A stretch of 64,000 bases of DNA from an uncultured Gammaproteobacteria bacterium (GTDB lineage Bacteria; Pseudomonadota; Gammaproteobacteria; UBA4575), in the NCBI GenBank assembly GCA_963976865.1, contig CAXBLY010000001.1, positions 580,354 to 644,353 on the forward strand, read 5' to 3'. A program made the translations under genes and the position numbers. The notes under the pieces are model-generated. The model saw only the letters and a list, made by a program, of their open reading frames with translations. It searched no databases and was not told the DNA's origin. Each line of letters starts with the position of its first letter. Within the stretch, counting starts at the first letter, position 1. Positions 49,154-60,075 of this stretch are shown piece by piece.

Positions 49154-49672
49154 ATGACGACGATAGTTTCAGTAAGGCGTGATGGCAAAGTAGTGCTAGG
49201 CGGTGACGGACAGGTTACGCTGGGTAACACCGTTATGAAAGGAAACGCAAAAAAAGTACGCAGATTATACAATGGCCAGGTTATTGCCGGTTTTGCCGGT
49301 GGAACTGCCGATGCATTTACATTATTTGAACGATTCGAGGGCAAGCTGGAAAAACATGGCGGCCATCTCACGCGTTCGGCGGTAGAACTTGCGAAAGACT
49401 GGCGAACTGATCGTATGTTACGACGTCTAGAGGCATTGCTGGCAGTCGCAGACCAGACGACTTCTCTGATCATTTCAGGTAATGGCGATGTCATAGAGCC
49501 TGAGGATTCACTGATTGCAATTGGATCTGGCGGGCCATTCGCACAGGCAGCTGCGCGCGCACTGTTAGATCATAGCAAACTAGGTGCACGTGAAATTGTA
49601 GACAACGCATTAAGCATTGCTTCCAGTATCTGTATCTACACCAACAACAATACCGCTATCGAGGAACTTTAG
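49154..49672 (+). CDS. hslV: ATP-dependent protease subunit HslV
   Basis: [22 protein letters not shown], with N-terminal Thr nucleophile after Met removal. 172 aa. Confidence 0.95.
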   Translation: MTTIVSVRRDGKVVLGGDGQVTLGNTVMKGNAKKVRRLYNGQVIAGFAGGTADAFTLFERFEGKLEKHGGHLTRSAVELAKDWRTDRMLRRLEALLAVADQTTSLIISGNGDVIEPEDSLIAIGSGGPFAQAAARALLDHSKLGAREIVDNALSIASSICIYTNNNTAIEEL

Positions 49673-49693
49673 TTTTATTAAAAGGAATTAGTT

Positions 49694-51034
49694 ATGTCTA
49701 GTATGACTCCGCGAGAAATAGTCGAAGAATTAAATCGACATATAGTTGGACAGGATGACGCCAAGCGTGCAGTGGCAATCGCCTTGCGGAACCGATGGCG
49801 CAGAATGCAGTTGCCAGAGTCCTTACAAACAGAAGTCACGCCCAAGAATATCTTAATGATCGGCCCTACAGGGGTTGGAAAAACAGAAATCGCCAGACGT
49901 CTGGCCAAGCTGGCAAATGCACCATTTATAAAAGTAGAAGCGACAAAATTCACGGAAGTCGGCTACGTGGGTCGCGATGTGGAGTCTATTATTCGGGACC
50001 TGACGGATAGCGCTATCAATTTAATGCGCGAAGTCGAGATGAAAAAAGTGAAGTTTCGAGCTGAAGAAGCCGCAGAAGAACGCATTCTGGATGTATTTGT
50101 CCCACCACCCAAATCCGAGAGTTTCGGTACCGCAGAAAATAGTAGTTCAGAATTTGCCGGGGAAACACGTCAAAAATTCAGAAAGAAACTGCGTGAGGGT
50201 GATTTGGACGAGAAAGAAATCGAAATTGATATTCGGGCTAATCCTCTCGGTGTTGAAATCATGACGCCACCCGGTATGGAAGATATGGCCAGTCAGTTAC
50301 AGGGCATGTTTCAAAATTTGGGCACGCAAAAAACCAATAAGCGCAAACTAAAAGTAAAGGATGCCTTCAAAGTGCTGGTAGATGAAGAGGCGCAAAAATT
50401 AATCAATGAGGATGACGTAAAAACGCGTGCGTTAAGACAGGTTGAGCAAAATGGTATTGTGTTTCTGGATGAAATAGACAAGGTCGCAAAACGGGGTGAA
50501 TACAGCGGTACAGATGTTTCACGTGAAGGGGTACAGCGAGATCTGCTGCCATTAGTTGAAGGGTGCACAGTGTCAACAAAACATGGTGTTATCAAAACAG
50601 ACCACATACTTTTCATCGCATCAGGCGCTTTCCACCTGTCAAAACCGACTGACCTGATACCAGAGTTACAGGGTCGATTACCGATTCGAGTGGAATTAAG
50701 CGCATTGAAAGTTGAGGATTTTGTTAGCATCCTGGTCGAACCCAAAGCTTCACTGACTGAGCAGTATGTGGAACTGATGGCGACCGAAGGAGTGACGCTC
50801 GAATTTACACAGGAAGGGATTCAGAGTATTGCTCAAACAGCCTATGACGTAAACGAACGTACCGAAAATATCGGCGCACGCCGCTTGCATACTATTATGG
50901 AGCGACTGCTGGAAACATTGTCATTTGAAGCGCCTGACAAGAATGGTCAGAAGGTCGTCATCGACAGGCAGTATGTTGATGATAATGTTTCTGAATTAAG
51001 TAAAGATGAAGATTTGAGCCGTTATATTCTGTAA
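49694..51034 (+). CDS. hslU: ATP-dependent protease ATPase subunit HslU
   Basis: [25 protein letters not shown] and Walker [16 protein letters not shown]. 446 aa. Confidence 0.95.
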   Translation: MSSMTPREIVEELNRHIVGQDDAKRAVAIALRNRWRRMQLPESLQTEVTPKNILMIGPTGVGKTEIARRLAKLANAPFIKVEATKFTEVGYVGRDVESIIRDLTDSAINLMREVEMKKVKFRAEEAAEERILDVFVPPPKSESFGTAENSSSEFAGETRQKFRKKLREGDLDEKEIEIDIRANPLGVEIMTPPGMEDMASQLQGMFQNLGTQKTNKRKLKVKDAFKVLVDEEAQKLINEDDVKTRALRQVEQNGIVFLDEIDKVAKRGEYSGTDVSREGVQRDLLPLVEGCTVSTKHGVIKTDHILFIASGAFHLSKPTDLIPELQGRLPIRVELSALKVEDFVSILVEPKASLTEQYVELMATEGVTLEFTQEGIQSIAQTAYDVNERTENIGARRLHTIMERLLETLSFEAPDKNGQKVVIDRQYVDDNVSELSKDEDLSRYIL

Positions 51035-51079
51035 CGTGCTGAAAGTTGATACGCAAATAAACAGAGCAAGGAAATAAAC

Positions 51080-51442
51080 ATGGCTAAAGTTGTTCCGACA
51101 GAAATACAGCTACATCAGAAGTCCAGAATACTGGAAATTGCTTTTGATGATGGTTCGCGGTTCGAATTAAGCTGCGAATTTCTTCGTGTATATTCTCCCT
51201 CCGCGGAAGTTACCGGGCATGGTCCTGGTACCGAAGTGCTGCAGGTAGGTAAGGAAGATGTCAATATCACTGCAATAGAACCCGTGGGAAATTATGCAGT
51301 AAGACTGGTATTTGATGATAACCATGATTCTGGTCTGTATAGCTGGGAGCACCTGCATGACCTGGGAGTCAATCAGAATGAGAAGTGGCAAAACTATCTG
51401 GATAGACTGGAAGCAGCGGGGCATAAGCGCAATACACACTAA
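51080..51442 (+). CDS. DUF971 domain protein (gamma-butyrobetaine hydroxylase-like N-terminal domain)
   Basis: 120 aa. LEIAFDDGSRFELSCEFLRVYSPSAEV and YSWEHL match the DUF971 pattern. Confidence 0.55.
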   Translation: MAKVVPTEIQLHQKSRILEIAFDDGSRFELSCEFLRVYSPSAEVTGHGPGTEVLQVGKEDVNITAIEPVGNYAVRLVFDDNHDSGLYSWEHLHDLGVNQNEKWQNYLDRLEAAGHKRNTH

Positions 51443-51451
51443 AGTGAATCT

Positions 51452-52198
51452 ATGAACGAACAAGAGAAAACCCACTTTGGCTATACTGATGTAAGTCCAG
51501 GCGAAAAAACCGAGCGGGTTCGGCAGGTGTTTGAGTCTGTCGCGAATAACTACGATGTGATGAATGACTTAATGTCCATGGGACTGCATCGGTTATGGAA
51601 AAAATTTGCATTACACATTGCAGCAGTGAGACCAAAGCAGAAAGTTCTGGATCTGGCTGGAGGAACCGGCGATCTGGCTGCGGAACTTCATAAAAGCGTT
51701 GGCGAGCAGGGACAGGTCATTCTATGTGATATCAATGCAAGCATGCTTGGTGTAGGACGCGACAGAATGATTGATCGTGGACTGCTAAAAAACCTGAATT
51801 ACGTGCAGGCAAATGCAGAAGCATTACCGTTTGCAGATAACAGTTTTGACTGCATTACCATGGCATTTGGCCTGCGAAACGTAACATATAAAGAACGATG
51901 TCTGGCATCAGCCTACGCAAAGCTTAAACCTGCCGGAAAATTTATTGTCTTGGAATTTTCAAAACCGGCGCCCTGGCTACGTCCCGTCTATGACATGTAT
52001 TCGTTTTCTATATTGCCAAAGCTGGGCGAATGGATTGCTAAAGATGCTGACAGTTACCGTTATCTGGCAGAGTCAATTCGCATGCATCCTGACCAGCCCA
52101 CGCTCAAGCAAATGTTTGCTGACGCCGGCTTTGATCGATGTAGCTATGTGAATATGAGTGGGGGTATTGTCGCTGCTCATATCGGATATAAGTACTAG
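51452..52198 (+). CDS. ubiE: ubiquinone/menaquinone biosynthesis C-methyltransferase UbiE
   Basis: [44 protein letters not shown] and SAM motif [12 protein letters not shown]. Confidence 0.93.
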   Translation: MNEQEKTHFGYTDVSPGEKTERVRQVFESVANNYDVMNDLMSMGLHRLWKKFALHIAAVRPKQKVLDLAGGTGDLAAELHKSVGEQGQVILCDINASMLGVGRDRMIDRGLLKNLNYVQANAEALPFADNSFDCITMAFGLRNVTYKERCLASAYAKLKPAGKFIVLEFSKPAPWLRPVYDMYSFSILPKLGEWIAKDADSYRYLAESIRMHPDQPTLKQMFADAGFDRCSYVNMSGGIVAAHIGYKY

Positions 52199-52199
52199 T

Positions 52200-52790
52200 A
52201 TGAAAGGCGCGATCATTGCCGCACTTAATCGTTATTTGGAATCTGACCCGGAACGGGCAGCGGGTCTGGATCAAATCAAGGGCAAGCTGATACGTATATA
52301 TCTGCGCGAGCTGGACAGGACATTGTTTCTGCGTGTTCAGCAACGATATTTGCAAGAGGAGCCTGATAACACTATAGAAGCGGATGTGGAAATTTCTGTT
52401 TCTTTAAAAGTGTTACCAGCACTTTTAGCCGGTGCTGAACAGGACAAGTTGATTAAGGAAGGTAACATTGAAATAAAAGGAGATACGCATATCGCAAGCG
52501 TGTTTCAGAATACACTGCGGGAAATTGAAATAGACTGGGAAGAGCTGGTGTCAAAATACACTGGCGACGAAATTGCCTATCAAATTGGGCGGGGTGCAAA
52601 AGCTGTCCACGCTTTAGGGCGCAACATGCGTGAAAATTTTCGCCAGGACTTGCGAGATTTTCTGCAGGATAATGTGCAGGCATCGGCAACACAGGATGAA
52701 GTCGATCAATTTATACAAGACGTCGATATACTGCGAGCGAAGGCTGACCGCCTGGAAGCACGTTTGAATCGATTGCAACGTCGTCACTAG
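52200..52790 (+). CDS. ubiJ: ubiquinone biosynthesis accessory factor UbiJ (SCP2 domain, YigP-like)
   Basis: Located between ubiE and ubiB. SCP2-like N-terminus. Start chosen at the ATG immediately after the ubiE stop, whereas the ORF-track start at 52158 would overlap ubiE. Confidence 0.65.
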   Translation: MKGAIIAALNRYLESDPERAAGLDQIKGKLIRIYLRELDRTLFLRVQQRYLQEEPDNTIEADVEISVSLKVLPALLAGAEQDKLIKEGNIEIKGDTHIASVFQNTLREIEIDWEELVSKYTGDEIAYQIGRGAKAVHALGRNMRENFRQDLRDFLQDNVQASATQDEVDQFIQDVDILRAKADRLEARLNRLQRRH

Positions 52791-52805
52791 ATCCTATAAA
52801 TAATT

Positions 52806-54371
52806 ATGCGCTTACTTCGACAATTCATCCGCATTATTCAGATCAATATTGTTCTGGTTCGTCACGGGCTGGAAGAAGTTATTTTTGCAATTCATCTGTT
52901 CCGGCCAATACGTTTTTTGCTGCTGATGCTTCCCTGGCACTGGTTTCGAAGCGTAGATATTTCCCATGGCGTACGTATTAGACGCACATTAGAAGATCTC
53001 GGACCTATTTTTATCAAGTTTGGTCAAGCGCTGTCGACACGTCGTGATTTACTTTCTGATGATATCGCTGATGAGTTGACCAAGTTGCAAGATCAGGTTC
53101 CACCATTTCCGGGAGATGAAGCGCGCAGGATTATAGAAAAAGCATTTGCCTGTGATATCAGCGAGATTTTTTCTCAATTTGATGAAACACCACTCGCCTC
53201 TGCATCGATTGCACAAGTCCATGCGGCGACACTTCATGATGGTTCGGATGTGGTGGTTAAAGTATTAAGGCCCGATGTACGTAAGTATATAAAAAGGGAT
53301 TTAGAGGTAATGCATTTGATTGCAGACCTGGCGCATCGATATTGGGCAGATGGAAGAAGATTGCGTCCCCGTGAAATTGTCGATGATTACGAGCAAACCG
53401 TAATGGATGAGCTGGATTTATTGCGGGAAGCGGCTAATGCGAGTCAGTTGAAGCGTAATTTTGCAAACAGTACAGACCTGTATGTGCCTGAGGTGTACTG
53501 GGATTACTGTCGAGTGAATGTGATGGTAATGGAGCGTATACATGGTATTGCTGTTAATGATGTAAAAACCTTGGCTGCCAATCATGTCAACATGAAAAAA
53601 CTATCTGAACGTGGCGTAAATATTTTCTTCACGCAGGTGTTTAAGCACAATTTTTTTCATGCGGATATGCACCCTGGCAATATTTTTGTTTCCTACGAAA
53701 CCCCGGATGACCCTAAATATCTGGGTGTTGATTTTGGCATTATGGGAACACTGTCTATTGAGGACCAGCGCTATCTGGCTGAAAATCTGCTGGCATTCTT
53801 TAATCAGGATTACCGACGCGTTGCCGAGCTGCATCTGGAATCCGGGTGGGTGCCTGCCAATACAAGAATTGATCATTTCGAGTCTGCCATCAGAACGGTG
53901 TGTGAACCAATTTTTCAAAAACCCATTAGCGAAATTTCATTTGGTAATTTATTGCTGCGTTTATTTCAAACAGCGAGAAGATTTCAAATGGAGGTGCAAC
54001 CACAATTAGTGTTACTGCAGAAAACCCTGCTTAACATAGAAGGCCTTGGGCGACAGTTAGACCCGGATCTGGATTTGTGGAAAACTGCTAAACCGTTTCT
54101 GGATCGCTGGATGAGTGAACAAGTAGGCGTGCATGCATTAATTAAAGGTGTGCGTCAGCATCTTCCTAAAGTGTTGGAACAGGCACCTGAACTTCCTTCT
54201 TTGATCCATGGGTATCTAGTGCGTGCAGAGCAGGCACCCAGGCAGCAAAATGAGATGCTTAAACTGGAAGTGCATAAGTTAGAACAAAAGTACAAACAGC
54301 AAAGACAAATGTCGATTGTGAGTGCGGTTATTGCAATCACCGCCGCGGCAGCTATCTCGTATTATTTTTAA
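52806..54371 (+). CDS. ubiB: ubiquinone biosynthesis regulatory protein kinase UbiB (ABC1/AarF family)
   Basis: LGPIFIKFGQALSTRRDL...AAASIAQVH kinase-like motifs with C-terminal TM helices. 521 aa. Confidence 0.9.
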   Translation: MRLLRQFIRIIQINIVLVRHGLEEVIFAIHLFRPIRFLLLMLPWHWFRSVDISHGVRIRRTLEDLGPIFIKFGQALSTRRDLLSDDIADELTKLQDQVPPFPGDEARRIIEKAFACDISEIFSQFDETPLASASIAQVHAATLHDGSDVVVKVLRPDVRKYIKRDLEVMHLIADLAHRYWADGRRLRPREIVDDYEQTVMDELDLLREAANASQLKRNFANSTDLYVPEVYWDYCRVNVMVMERIHGIAVNDVKTLAANHVNMKKLSERGVNIFFTQVFKHNFFHADMHPGNIFVSYETPDDPKYLGVDFGIMGTLSIEDQRYLAENLLAFFNQDYRRVAELHLESGWVPANTRIDHFESAIRTVCEPIFQKPISEISFGNLLLRLFQTARRFQMEVQPQLVLLQKTLLNIEGLGRQLDPDLDLWKTAKPFLDRWMSEQVGVHALIKGVRQHLPKVLEQAPELPSLIHGYLVRAEQAPRQQNEMLKLEVHKLEQKYKQQRQMSIVSAVIAITAAAAISYYF

Positions 54372-54438
54372 TAATTCAAATTACAAACAAGCTTTTGTGT
54401 GTTGAGCACGAACGCTTCATGACAAGTGAAAAAATATT

Positions 54439-56622
54439 GTGGATGTATCGCCAATACTTGATGGGTTGAACCAGGAACAACGTAATGCAGTGACAGCAGT
54501 ACCAGGGCCAGCATTAGTCTTGGCGGGTGCGGGGAGTGGTAAAACCCGGGTGCTCGTTCATCGAATTGCCTGGTTGTGTAATGTTGAGGGGGTATCACCT
54601 TATGGTTTGCTGGCTGTAACGTTTACCAACAAAGCAGCTGCTGAAATGCGTTCAAGGGTTGAAAGTCTGCTTGAGGCAAATTTGTCTGGTATGTGGGTAG
54701 GCACTTTCCATGGCATTGCGCACCGTATGTTGCGTGCTCACTGGCAAGCTGCCAACTTGCCGCAGGCATTTCAGATCCTGGATTCCGATGACCAGCATCG
54801 TCTGGTGAAACGTATTATGAAAGGGCTGGAACTGGATGAATCCAAGTGGCCTGTGAAACAGGCCCAGTGGTTTATCAATGCTCGCAAAGATGAAGGCCTG
54901 CGTGCCAGTCAAATACAGGATGGTGGTGACCTGACAACGCGCCAGTTATTAAGAGTGTATATCGCATATGAAGCAGCATGCGAGCGGGCAGGTGTTGTCG
55001 ACTTTGCTGAACTGTTATTAAGGTCATTGGAGCTGTTAAGACATAATGAGGATATTATCACTCATTACCAAAACCGGTTTAGACATGTATTGGTTGATGA
55101 GTTTCAGGATACAAACTCAATACAATACGACTGGCTGAAGCTGCTCGCAGGGAAAAACAATCCGGTATTTGCAGTCGGTGATGATGATCAATCCATTTAT
55201 GGCTGGCGTGGTGCAAAAATAGAAAATATATTTTCCTTTAGTAAGGATTATGCGGATACGCAAACATTTCGTCTCGAACAAAATTATCGTTCAACCGGTA
55301 CAATTCTTTCTGCCGCCAATGGCTTGATTGATCATAACCAGGGACGTCTGGGTAAAAAGCTCTGGACTGACGGTAACGAAGGTACACCTGTACAACTGTA
55401 TGCAGCATATAATGAACATGATGAAGCCCGTTTTGTTATTGAAAGGGTTAAAGAGTGGGTTCACCAGCAGGGACGCAAGCATAGCGAAATAGCAGTGCTT
55501 TATCGCTCTAACGTGCAGTCGCGGGTGTTTGAGGAAAACCTCATAGCACAACAAATACCTTATCGAATCTATGGCGGGTTACGTTTCTTCGAACGGGCCG
55601 AGATTAAAGATGCCCTGGCTTATCTACGACTGAGTTCCAGCCGCATTGCGGACCCGGCATTTGAACGTATTGTTAATCATCCTCCGCGCGGTATTGGTGA
55701 CCGAACCCTGCAGGTAATTCGGGATTATGCGCGAGCTGAATCAGTCCCTCTGTGGGATGCAACAAAAACAATAATTGCACAGGGCACTTTGGCGGCGCGA
55801 GCGCAGGGTGCGCTGACTCAGTTTGTGATGTTAATAGAGAGATTGTCTGACCAATTAAAAGATAAAGAACTGGAAGAACAGGTTGAGCAGGTAATAGGGC
55901 TGTCCGGCTTGCAGGCTCATTTTGAAAAAGATCGCAGTGAGAAAGGTCAGTCGAGAGTAGAGAACTTGCATGAGTTAATAGAAGCTGCGCGTGGCTTTCG
56001 TTACGAAAGCGAAGATGGTGAGGAGTTGTCTGAACTGGATGCGTTTTTATCTAATGCAGCGCTGGAATCAGGTGAAGGCCAGGCATCCAAGTGGGAGGAT
56101 TGCGTACAATTGATGACGTTGCACACAGCCAAAGGTCTGGAGTTTCCTTTGGTTTTTTTGGTGGGCATGGAGGAAGGCCTGTTCCCTAGCAGTATGTCAA
56201 TGGATGAGCCAGGGCGTGTCGAAGAAGAACGTCGTCTATGCTATGTGGGTATTACACGTGCCAGAGAAAATCTAATGATCTGTTTTGCAGAATCCCGGCG
56301 TCACTATGGGAACGAGAATTATAATCCACCATCACGATTTATTAATGAAATTCCTGCCGAACTAATACAAGAAGTCAGACCACGCGCGCGCGTGACACAA
56401 ACAGTACACAATCCTGAACCCATGGCAAAAGTAAAAAGAAGAATTGACGATGGTGAAGGCGGAATACGTGTAGGACAGCGAGTATCACATAAAAAGTTTG
56501 GGGAAGGTGTGGTGATGGATCAGGAAGGCAACGGCAAGAGCGCACGTGTGCAGGTCAAGTTTGAGGGTAGTGGCAGTAAATGGCTAGTGCTGGCGTATGC
56601 AAATTTAACAGTACTGGCTTGA
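54439..56622 (+). CDS. uvrD: DNA helicase II UvrD
   Basis: VDVSPILDGLNQEQRNAVTAVPGPALVLAGAGSGKTRVLVHRIAWL is nearly identical in pattern to the E. coli UvrD N-terminus. 727 aa, GTG start. Confidence 0.9.
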   Translation: MDVSPILDGLNQEQRNAVTAVPGPALVLAGAGSGKTRVLVHRIAWLCNVEGVSPYGLLAVTFTNKAAAEMRSRVESLLEANLSGMWVGTFHGIAHRMLRAHWQAANLPQAFQILDSDDQHRLVKRIMKGLELDESKWPVKQAQWFINARKDEGLRASQIQDGGDLTTRQLLRVYIAYEAACERAGVVDFAELLLRSLELLRHNEDIITHYQNRFRHVLVDEFQDTNSIQYDWLKLLAGKNNPVFAVGDDDQSIYGWRGAKIENIFSFSKDYADTQTFRLEQNYRSTGTILSAANGLIDHNQGRLGKKLWTDGNEGTPVQLYAAYNEHDEARFVIERVKEWVHQQGRKHSEIAVLYRSNVQSRVFEENLIAQQIPYRIYGGLRFFERAEIKDALAYLRLSSSRIADPAFERIVNHPPRGIGDRTLQVIRDYARAESVPLWDATKTIIAQGTLAARAQGALTQFVMLIERLSDQLKDKELEEQVEQVIGLSGLQAHFEKDRSEKGQSRVENLHELIEAARGFRYESEDGEELSELDAFLSNAALESGEGQASKWEDCVQLMTLHTAKGLEFPLVFLVGMEEGLFPSSMSMDEPGRVEEERRLCYVGITRARENLMICFAESRRHYGNENYNPPSRFINEIPAELIQEVRPRARVTQTVHNPEPMAKVKRRIDDGEGGIRVGQRVSHKKFGEGVVMDQEGNGKSARVQVKFEGSGSKWLVLAYANLTVLA

Positions 56623-56656
56623 GTAAATAAATCACTAATGCAGGAGGTGGTGTCTA

Positions 56657-57769
56657 ATGAGTGATAAAAATACACGCAGGAAATTTTTACAATACCTTGG
56701 GCTTGGTGCTGCTAGCTGTACAGTCGCATCCTGTAATGAGACAACATCTAATCAGGCAGAGTCTTCTGCTGTTGCTGATCATCAAACCTTTAACTGGAAA
56801 ATGATAACGACCTGGCCGAAGAATTTTCCAGGGTTGGGCACTGGCGCAGAATTTCTGGCGCAAACCATAAATGAAATGTCTAATGGCAGATTGAATATTA
56901 AAGTTTATGGTGCTGGCGAGATTGTTCCAGCGCTTGAAATATTTGATGCTGTGACTGCCGGCACCGCTGAAATGGGTCATGGTTCCGCGTATTACTGGAA
57001 GGGTAAAAACCCTGCATTACAGTTTTTTTCCACTGTGCCATTTGGTATGACGGCTAATGAGATGAATGCATGGCTATATCATGGCGGCGGAATGGAATTA
57101 TGGGAAAAAGCGTATAAGCCATTTGGCCTGGTGCCCATGGCCGCCGGTAATACGATGGTGCAAATGGGAGGCTGGTTTAATAAGGAAATCAATTCCGTTG
57201 AAGATTTACAGGGCCTGAAAATGCGTATCCCGGGACTAGGCGGAGAAGTGTTGCGTCTTGCAGGTGGAACACCTGTGAATATTCCTGGAGGAGATTTGTT
57301 TGTGTCACTGCAAAAGGGTGTTATTGATGCTACCGAATGGGTGGGACCGTATAATGACTTGGCCTTTGGGTTACACAAGGCTGCCAAATATTATTATTCA
57401 CCCGGCTGGCATGAACCAGGAACTACGCTTGAGTGTTTTATCAATCAGCAGGCTTACGACAAGCTTCCTGCTGATTTGCAAAGTATAGTGCGAAATGCGG
57501 CAAGAGTAGCAAACCAGGATATGATGCTGGAGTACGTTGCACGCAATAACGATGCGCTAGAGACGCTGGTTAATGAGCATAAGGTGGATGTAAGAGAATT
57601 CCCTGCCGACGTCATTGAAAAATTGCGTACTTTGTCAAAGCAGGTAGTGGCCGAGATTGTGGGTAGTGATCCATTTGCTCGTGAAATACATGATTCCTAC
57701 CAAAGTTTTTTGACCAAATCCAAAGCTTGGTATAATTTATCCGAGCGTGCCTACCTGAATATGAGATAA
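56657..57769 (+). CDS. dctP: TRAP transporter substrate-binding protein, DctP family (Tat-type signal with lipobox)
   Basis: DctP-family core. N-terminal twin-arginine motif TRRKFLQ followed by VASC lipobox-like sequence. 370 aa. Confidence 0.8.
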   Translation: MSDKNTRRKFLQYLGLGAASCTVASCNETTSNQAESSAVADHQTFNWKMITTWPKNFPGLGTGAEFLAQTINEMSNGRLNIKVYGAGEIVPALEIFDAVTAGTAEMGHGSAYYWKGKNPALQFFSTVPFGMTANEMNAWLYHGGGMELWEKAYKPFGLVPMAAGNTMVQMGGWFNKEINSVEDLQGLKMRIPGLGGEVLRLAGGTPVNIPGGDLFVSLQKGVIDATEWVGPYNDLAFGLHKAAKYYYSPGWHEPGTTLECFINQQAYDKLPADLQSIVRNAARVANQDMMLEYVARNNDALETLVNEHKVDVREFPADVIEKLRTLSKQVVAEIVGSDPFAREIHDSYQSFLTKSKAWYNLSERAYLNMR

Positions 57770-57916
57770 AGATAACCAATTGATATAATTGGAGATTTTT
57801 GAAAAATTCAGGTAAGTCAATATAGGACAGATAAACAAGGAATAAATTTTAAGTGGCTGATATAATGCACGAAATTTATAATAACTATAATAGACTGCCA
57901 TAACACGGGAGGAAAA

Positions 57917-58150
57917 ATGGACGATCTTTACACCAAATGGAAAGTAATGTGGGATGCAAAAGAATGGGGAACTCAGGGGTTCTTTTTTGTTAGTGCAATC
58001 ATTGCACTTGTCATCATGTCAGGACCATTACGTGCTACTAATGAGGGCACTGCCGCTAAAAAAGGATTTACATTTGCGATTGGTCTCGCTTACCTGATTT
58101 TAGTGATTGTGGGTTATTTCCAGCTAGTACCAAAAATTTCTTCATACTAG
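57917..58150 (+). CDS. small two-TM membrane protein (77 aa), unknown function
   Basis: Strong RBS GGGAGG 6 nt upstream of the ATG. Two hydrophobic helices. Convergent with dctM. Confidence 0.5.
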   Translation: MDDLYTKWKVMWDAKEWGTQGFFFVSAIIALVIMSGPLRATNEGTAAKKGFTFAIGLAYLILVIVGYFQLVPKISSY

Positions 58151-58152
58151 GT

Positions 58153-59523
58153 TCAAGAATTTAGTTTCTCAGGTAACCAAGTGGCCAACTCTGGCCACTT
58201 GGCGAGACATCCAAGTACGACAAGCTGAATTAAAATAAACGGAATCACTCCTCGGTAAATTTGTCGGGTTGTCACGACTTCCGACGCCACCCCCCTTAAA
58301 TAAAATAAGGCGAATCCAAATGGAGGCGTTAGGAAAGATGTCTGTAAATTGATGGCAATCATAATTCCTAGCCATATCGGGTCTACTCCCATCATGAGTA
58401 ATATCGGGCCTACGATAGGTACAACAACAAATGTAATCTCAATAAAATCCAGTACAAAGCCAAGCAGGAACATGACCAGCATGACAATGGCCAGGGCACC
58501 AAATACTCCACCAGGAAGCTGAGTTAAAAATGCATGTATAGCGTCATCGCCGCCGTATCCACGAAATACTAAAGAAAAGACTGAAGCGCCAATAAAGATA
58601 GCAAAAACCATACACGTAACACGTACGCTGCTACGTATAATATGTTGTATGCAAGTGAGGTTTAGCTGCCTGTTAAACAGTGCCAATAGTAATGCGCCGA
58701 CTGCGCCCACTGAAGCCGCTTCAGTAGGTGTGGCGAAACCGCCAATAATAGAACCCAGCACTGCAACAATTAACATGATGGGTGGAAGTAAAGCGCGTAG
58801 ACACTGGGTAAACAGCTTTGCATGATTGCGGTCAACTTCAGCCGCGGGCATCAATACCGGTTTTGTGAACGCAATGTATGTCAGGTAAAAAATATAAAAA
58901 GTGACTAGCATTACGCCCGGAATAATCGCGCCGGTAAATAAATCACTGACCGTGACAGTATCCGGAGAAAAATTCCCCTGCTCTAATTGTGCCTGCTGGT
59001 AGGCAGAAGAAATCACATCACCCAGCAACACTATAATTATCGAGGGGGGGATAATTTGGCCCAGAGTGCCGGAGGCACAAATGATTCCGCTGGAAAGTGC
59101 AGGATCATAATTTCTTTTTAGCATGGTCGGTAATGAGAGTAGACCCATGGTGACAACGGTTGCACCTACGATGCCAGTGCTCGCTGCGAGCAATAAACCT
59201 ACAATGACAACAGAATAACCAAGACCGCCACGTATGGAACCAAATAGCTGACTCATTGTGTCGAGCAGGTTCTCGGCAATTTTCGATCGTTCCAGTGTAA
59301 TTCCCATAAATACAAACAACGGAACAGCAATCAGTGTTTCATTGTTCATAATGCCGAAGATGCGGCTGGGTAAAGCATGCATTAGCGATGAGTCAAACCC
59401 GCCAATAATATTTCCAAGGAAAGCGAATGCAAGCGATACGCCCGCAAGAGTAAATGCCACAGGATAACCTGTCATTAGTACGATAATGACGACCAGAAAC
59501 ATAATGAACGCCACGATTTCCAT
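58153..59523 (-). CDS. dctM: TRAP transporter large permease DctM
   Basis: 456 aa with 12+ TM and DctM-family motifs. 2-nt gap to dctQ. Confidence 0.88.
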   Translation of the reverse strand: MEIVAFIMFLVVIIVLMTGYPVAFTLAGVSLAFAFLGNIIGGFDSSLMHALPSRIFGIMNNETLIAVPLFVFMGITLERSKIAENLLDTMSQLFGSIRGGLGYSVVIVGLLLAASTGIVGATVVTMGLLSLPTMLKRNYDPALSSGIICASGTLGQIIPPSIIIVLLGDVISSAYQQAQLEQGNFSPDTVTVSDLFTGAIIPGVMLVTFYIFYLTYIAFTKPVLMPAAEVDRNHAKLFTQCLRALLPPIMLIVAVLGSIIGGFATPTEAASVGAVGALLLALFNRQLNLTCIQHIIRSSVRVTCMVFAIFIGASVFSLVFRGYGGDDAIHAFLTQLPGGVFGALAIVMLVMFLLGFVLDFIEITFVVVPIVGPILLMMGVDPIWLGIMIAINLQTSFLTPPFGFALFYLRGVASEVVTTRQIYRGVIPFILIQLVVLGCLAKWPELATWLPEKLNS

Positions 59524-59525
59524 GG

Positions 59526-60032
59526 CTATTTTCTTTCAGATGAAATAGTCATTAAGCTGTTGCATACAGTTGATACACCCTGTAACAGCAAGAATGAAGG
59601 CATTAAAGGAACAAGTGTTTTGAGAATAAATATCAGTGGTAATCCGTTTGCTTCGCGTGAACCTTCAAGTAGTTTCCAGGAATTACTCGCATATTCAAAG
59701 CTGGAGAATATTAAGTATATGCAGAATGGAAATAACAGGAAAACAGTACCGAGAAGATCTGTCCATGCTTTCTGTGAGTCAGAATATCTGGAATAAAAGA
59801 TATCGACTCTCACATGCTCGTTGTGTTTATACGTATAGCCAATTGCGAGCATGAAAACGAAGCTGTGAAGATAGATAACGCTTTCCTGAACAGCTATTAA
59901 GCCAAAATTAAATCCATAACGCATTACTACATTAAAAAATGTAATGACAACCATGGCAATCACAAACCAGGCAACACTACGACCAACCCATTCGTTAAAA
60001 CGGTTAATGAGTGATTGAGTTTGTACTAGCAT
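59526..60032 (-). CDS. dctQ: TRAP transporter small permease DctQ
   Basis: DctQ-like four-TM protein. Start set at MLVQTQSLINRF (ATG 60032) because the longer ORF-track version (to 60179) would overlap the LOG gene by about 100 nt. Confidence 0.75.
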   Translation of the reverse strand: MLVQTQSLINRFNEWVGRSVAWFVIAMVVITFFNVVMRYGFNFGLIAVQESVIYLHSFVFMLAIGYTYKHNEHVRVDIFYSRYSDSQKAWTDLLGTVFLLFPFCIYLIFSSFEYASNSWKLLEGSREANGLPLIFILKTLVPLMPSFLLLQGVSTVCNSLMTISSERK

Positions 60033-60075
60033 TACAATTATATATTTATGCTTGCCTGATGCGTGTAGATATTGA

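Noticed and set aside
52158-52199. ubiJ start at 52158 as listed in the ORF track
   Set aside because: It would overlap the ubiE 3' end by 41 nt. An ATG immediately after the ubiE stop (52200, MKGAIIAALNRYLESD) gives a conventional tandem arrangement.
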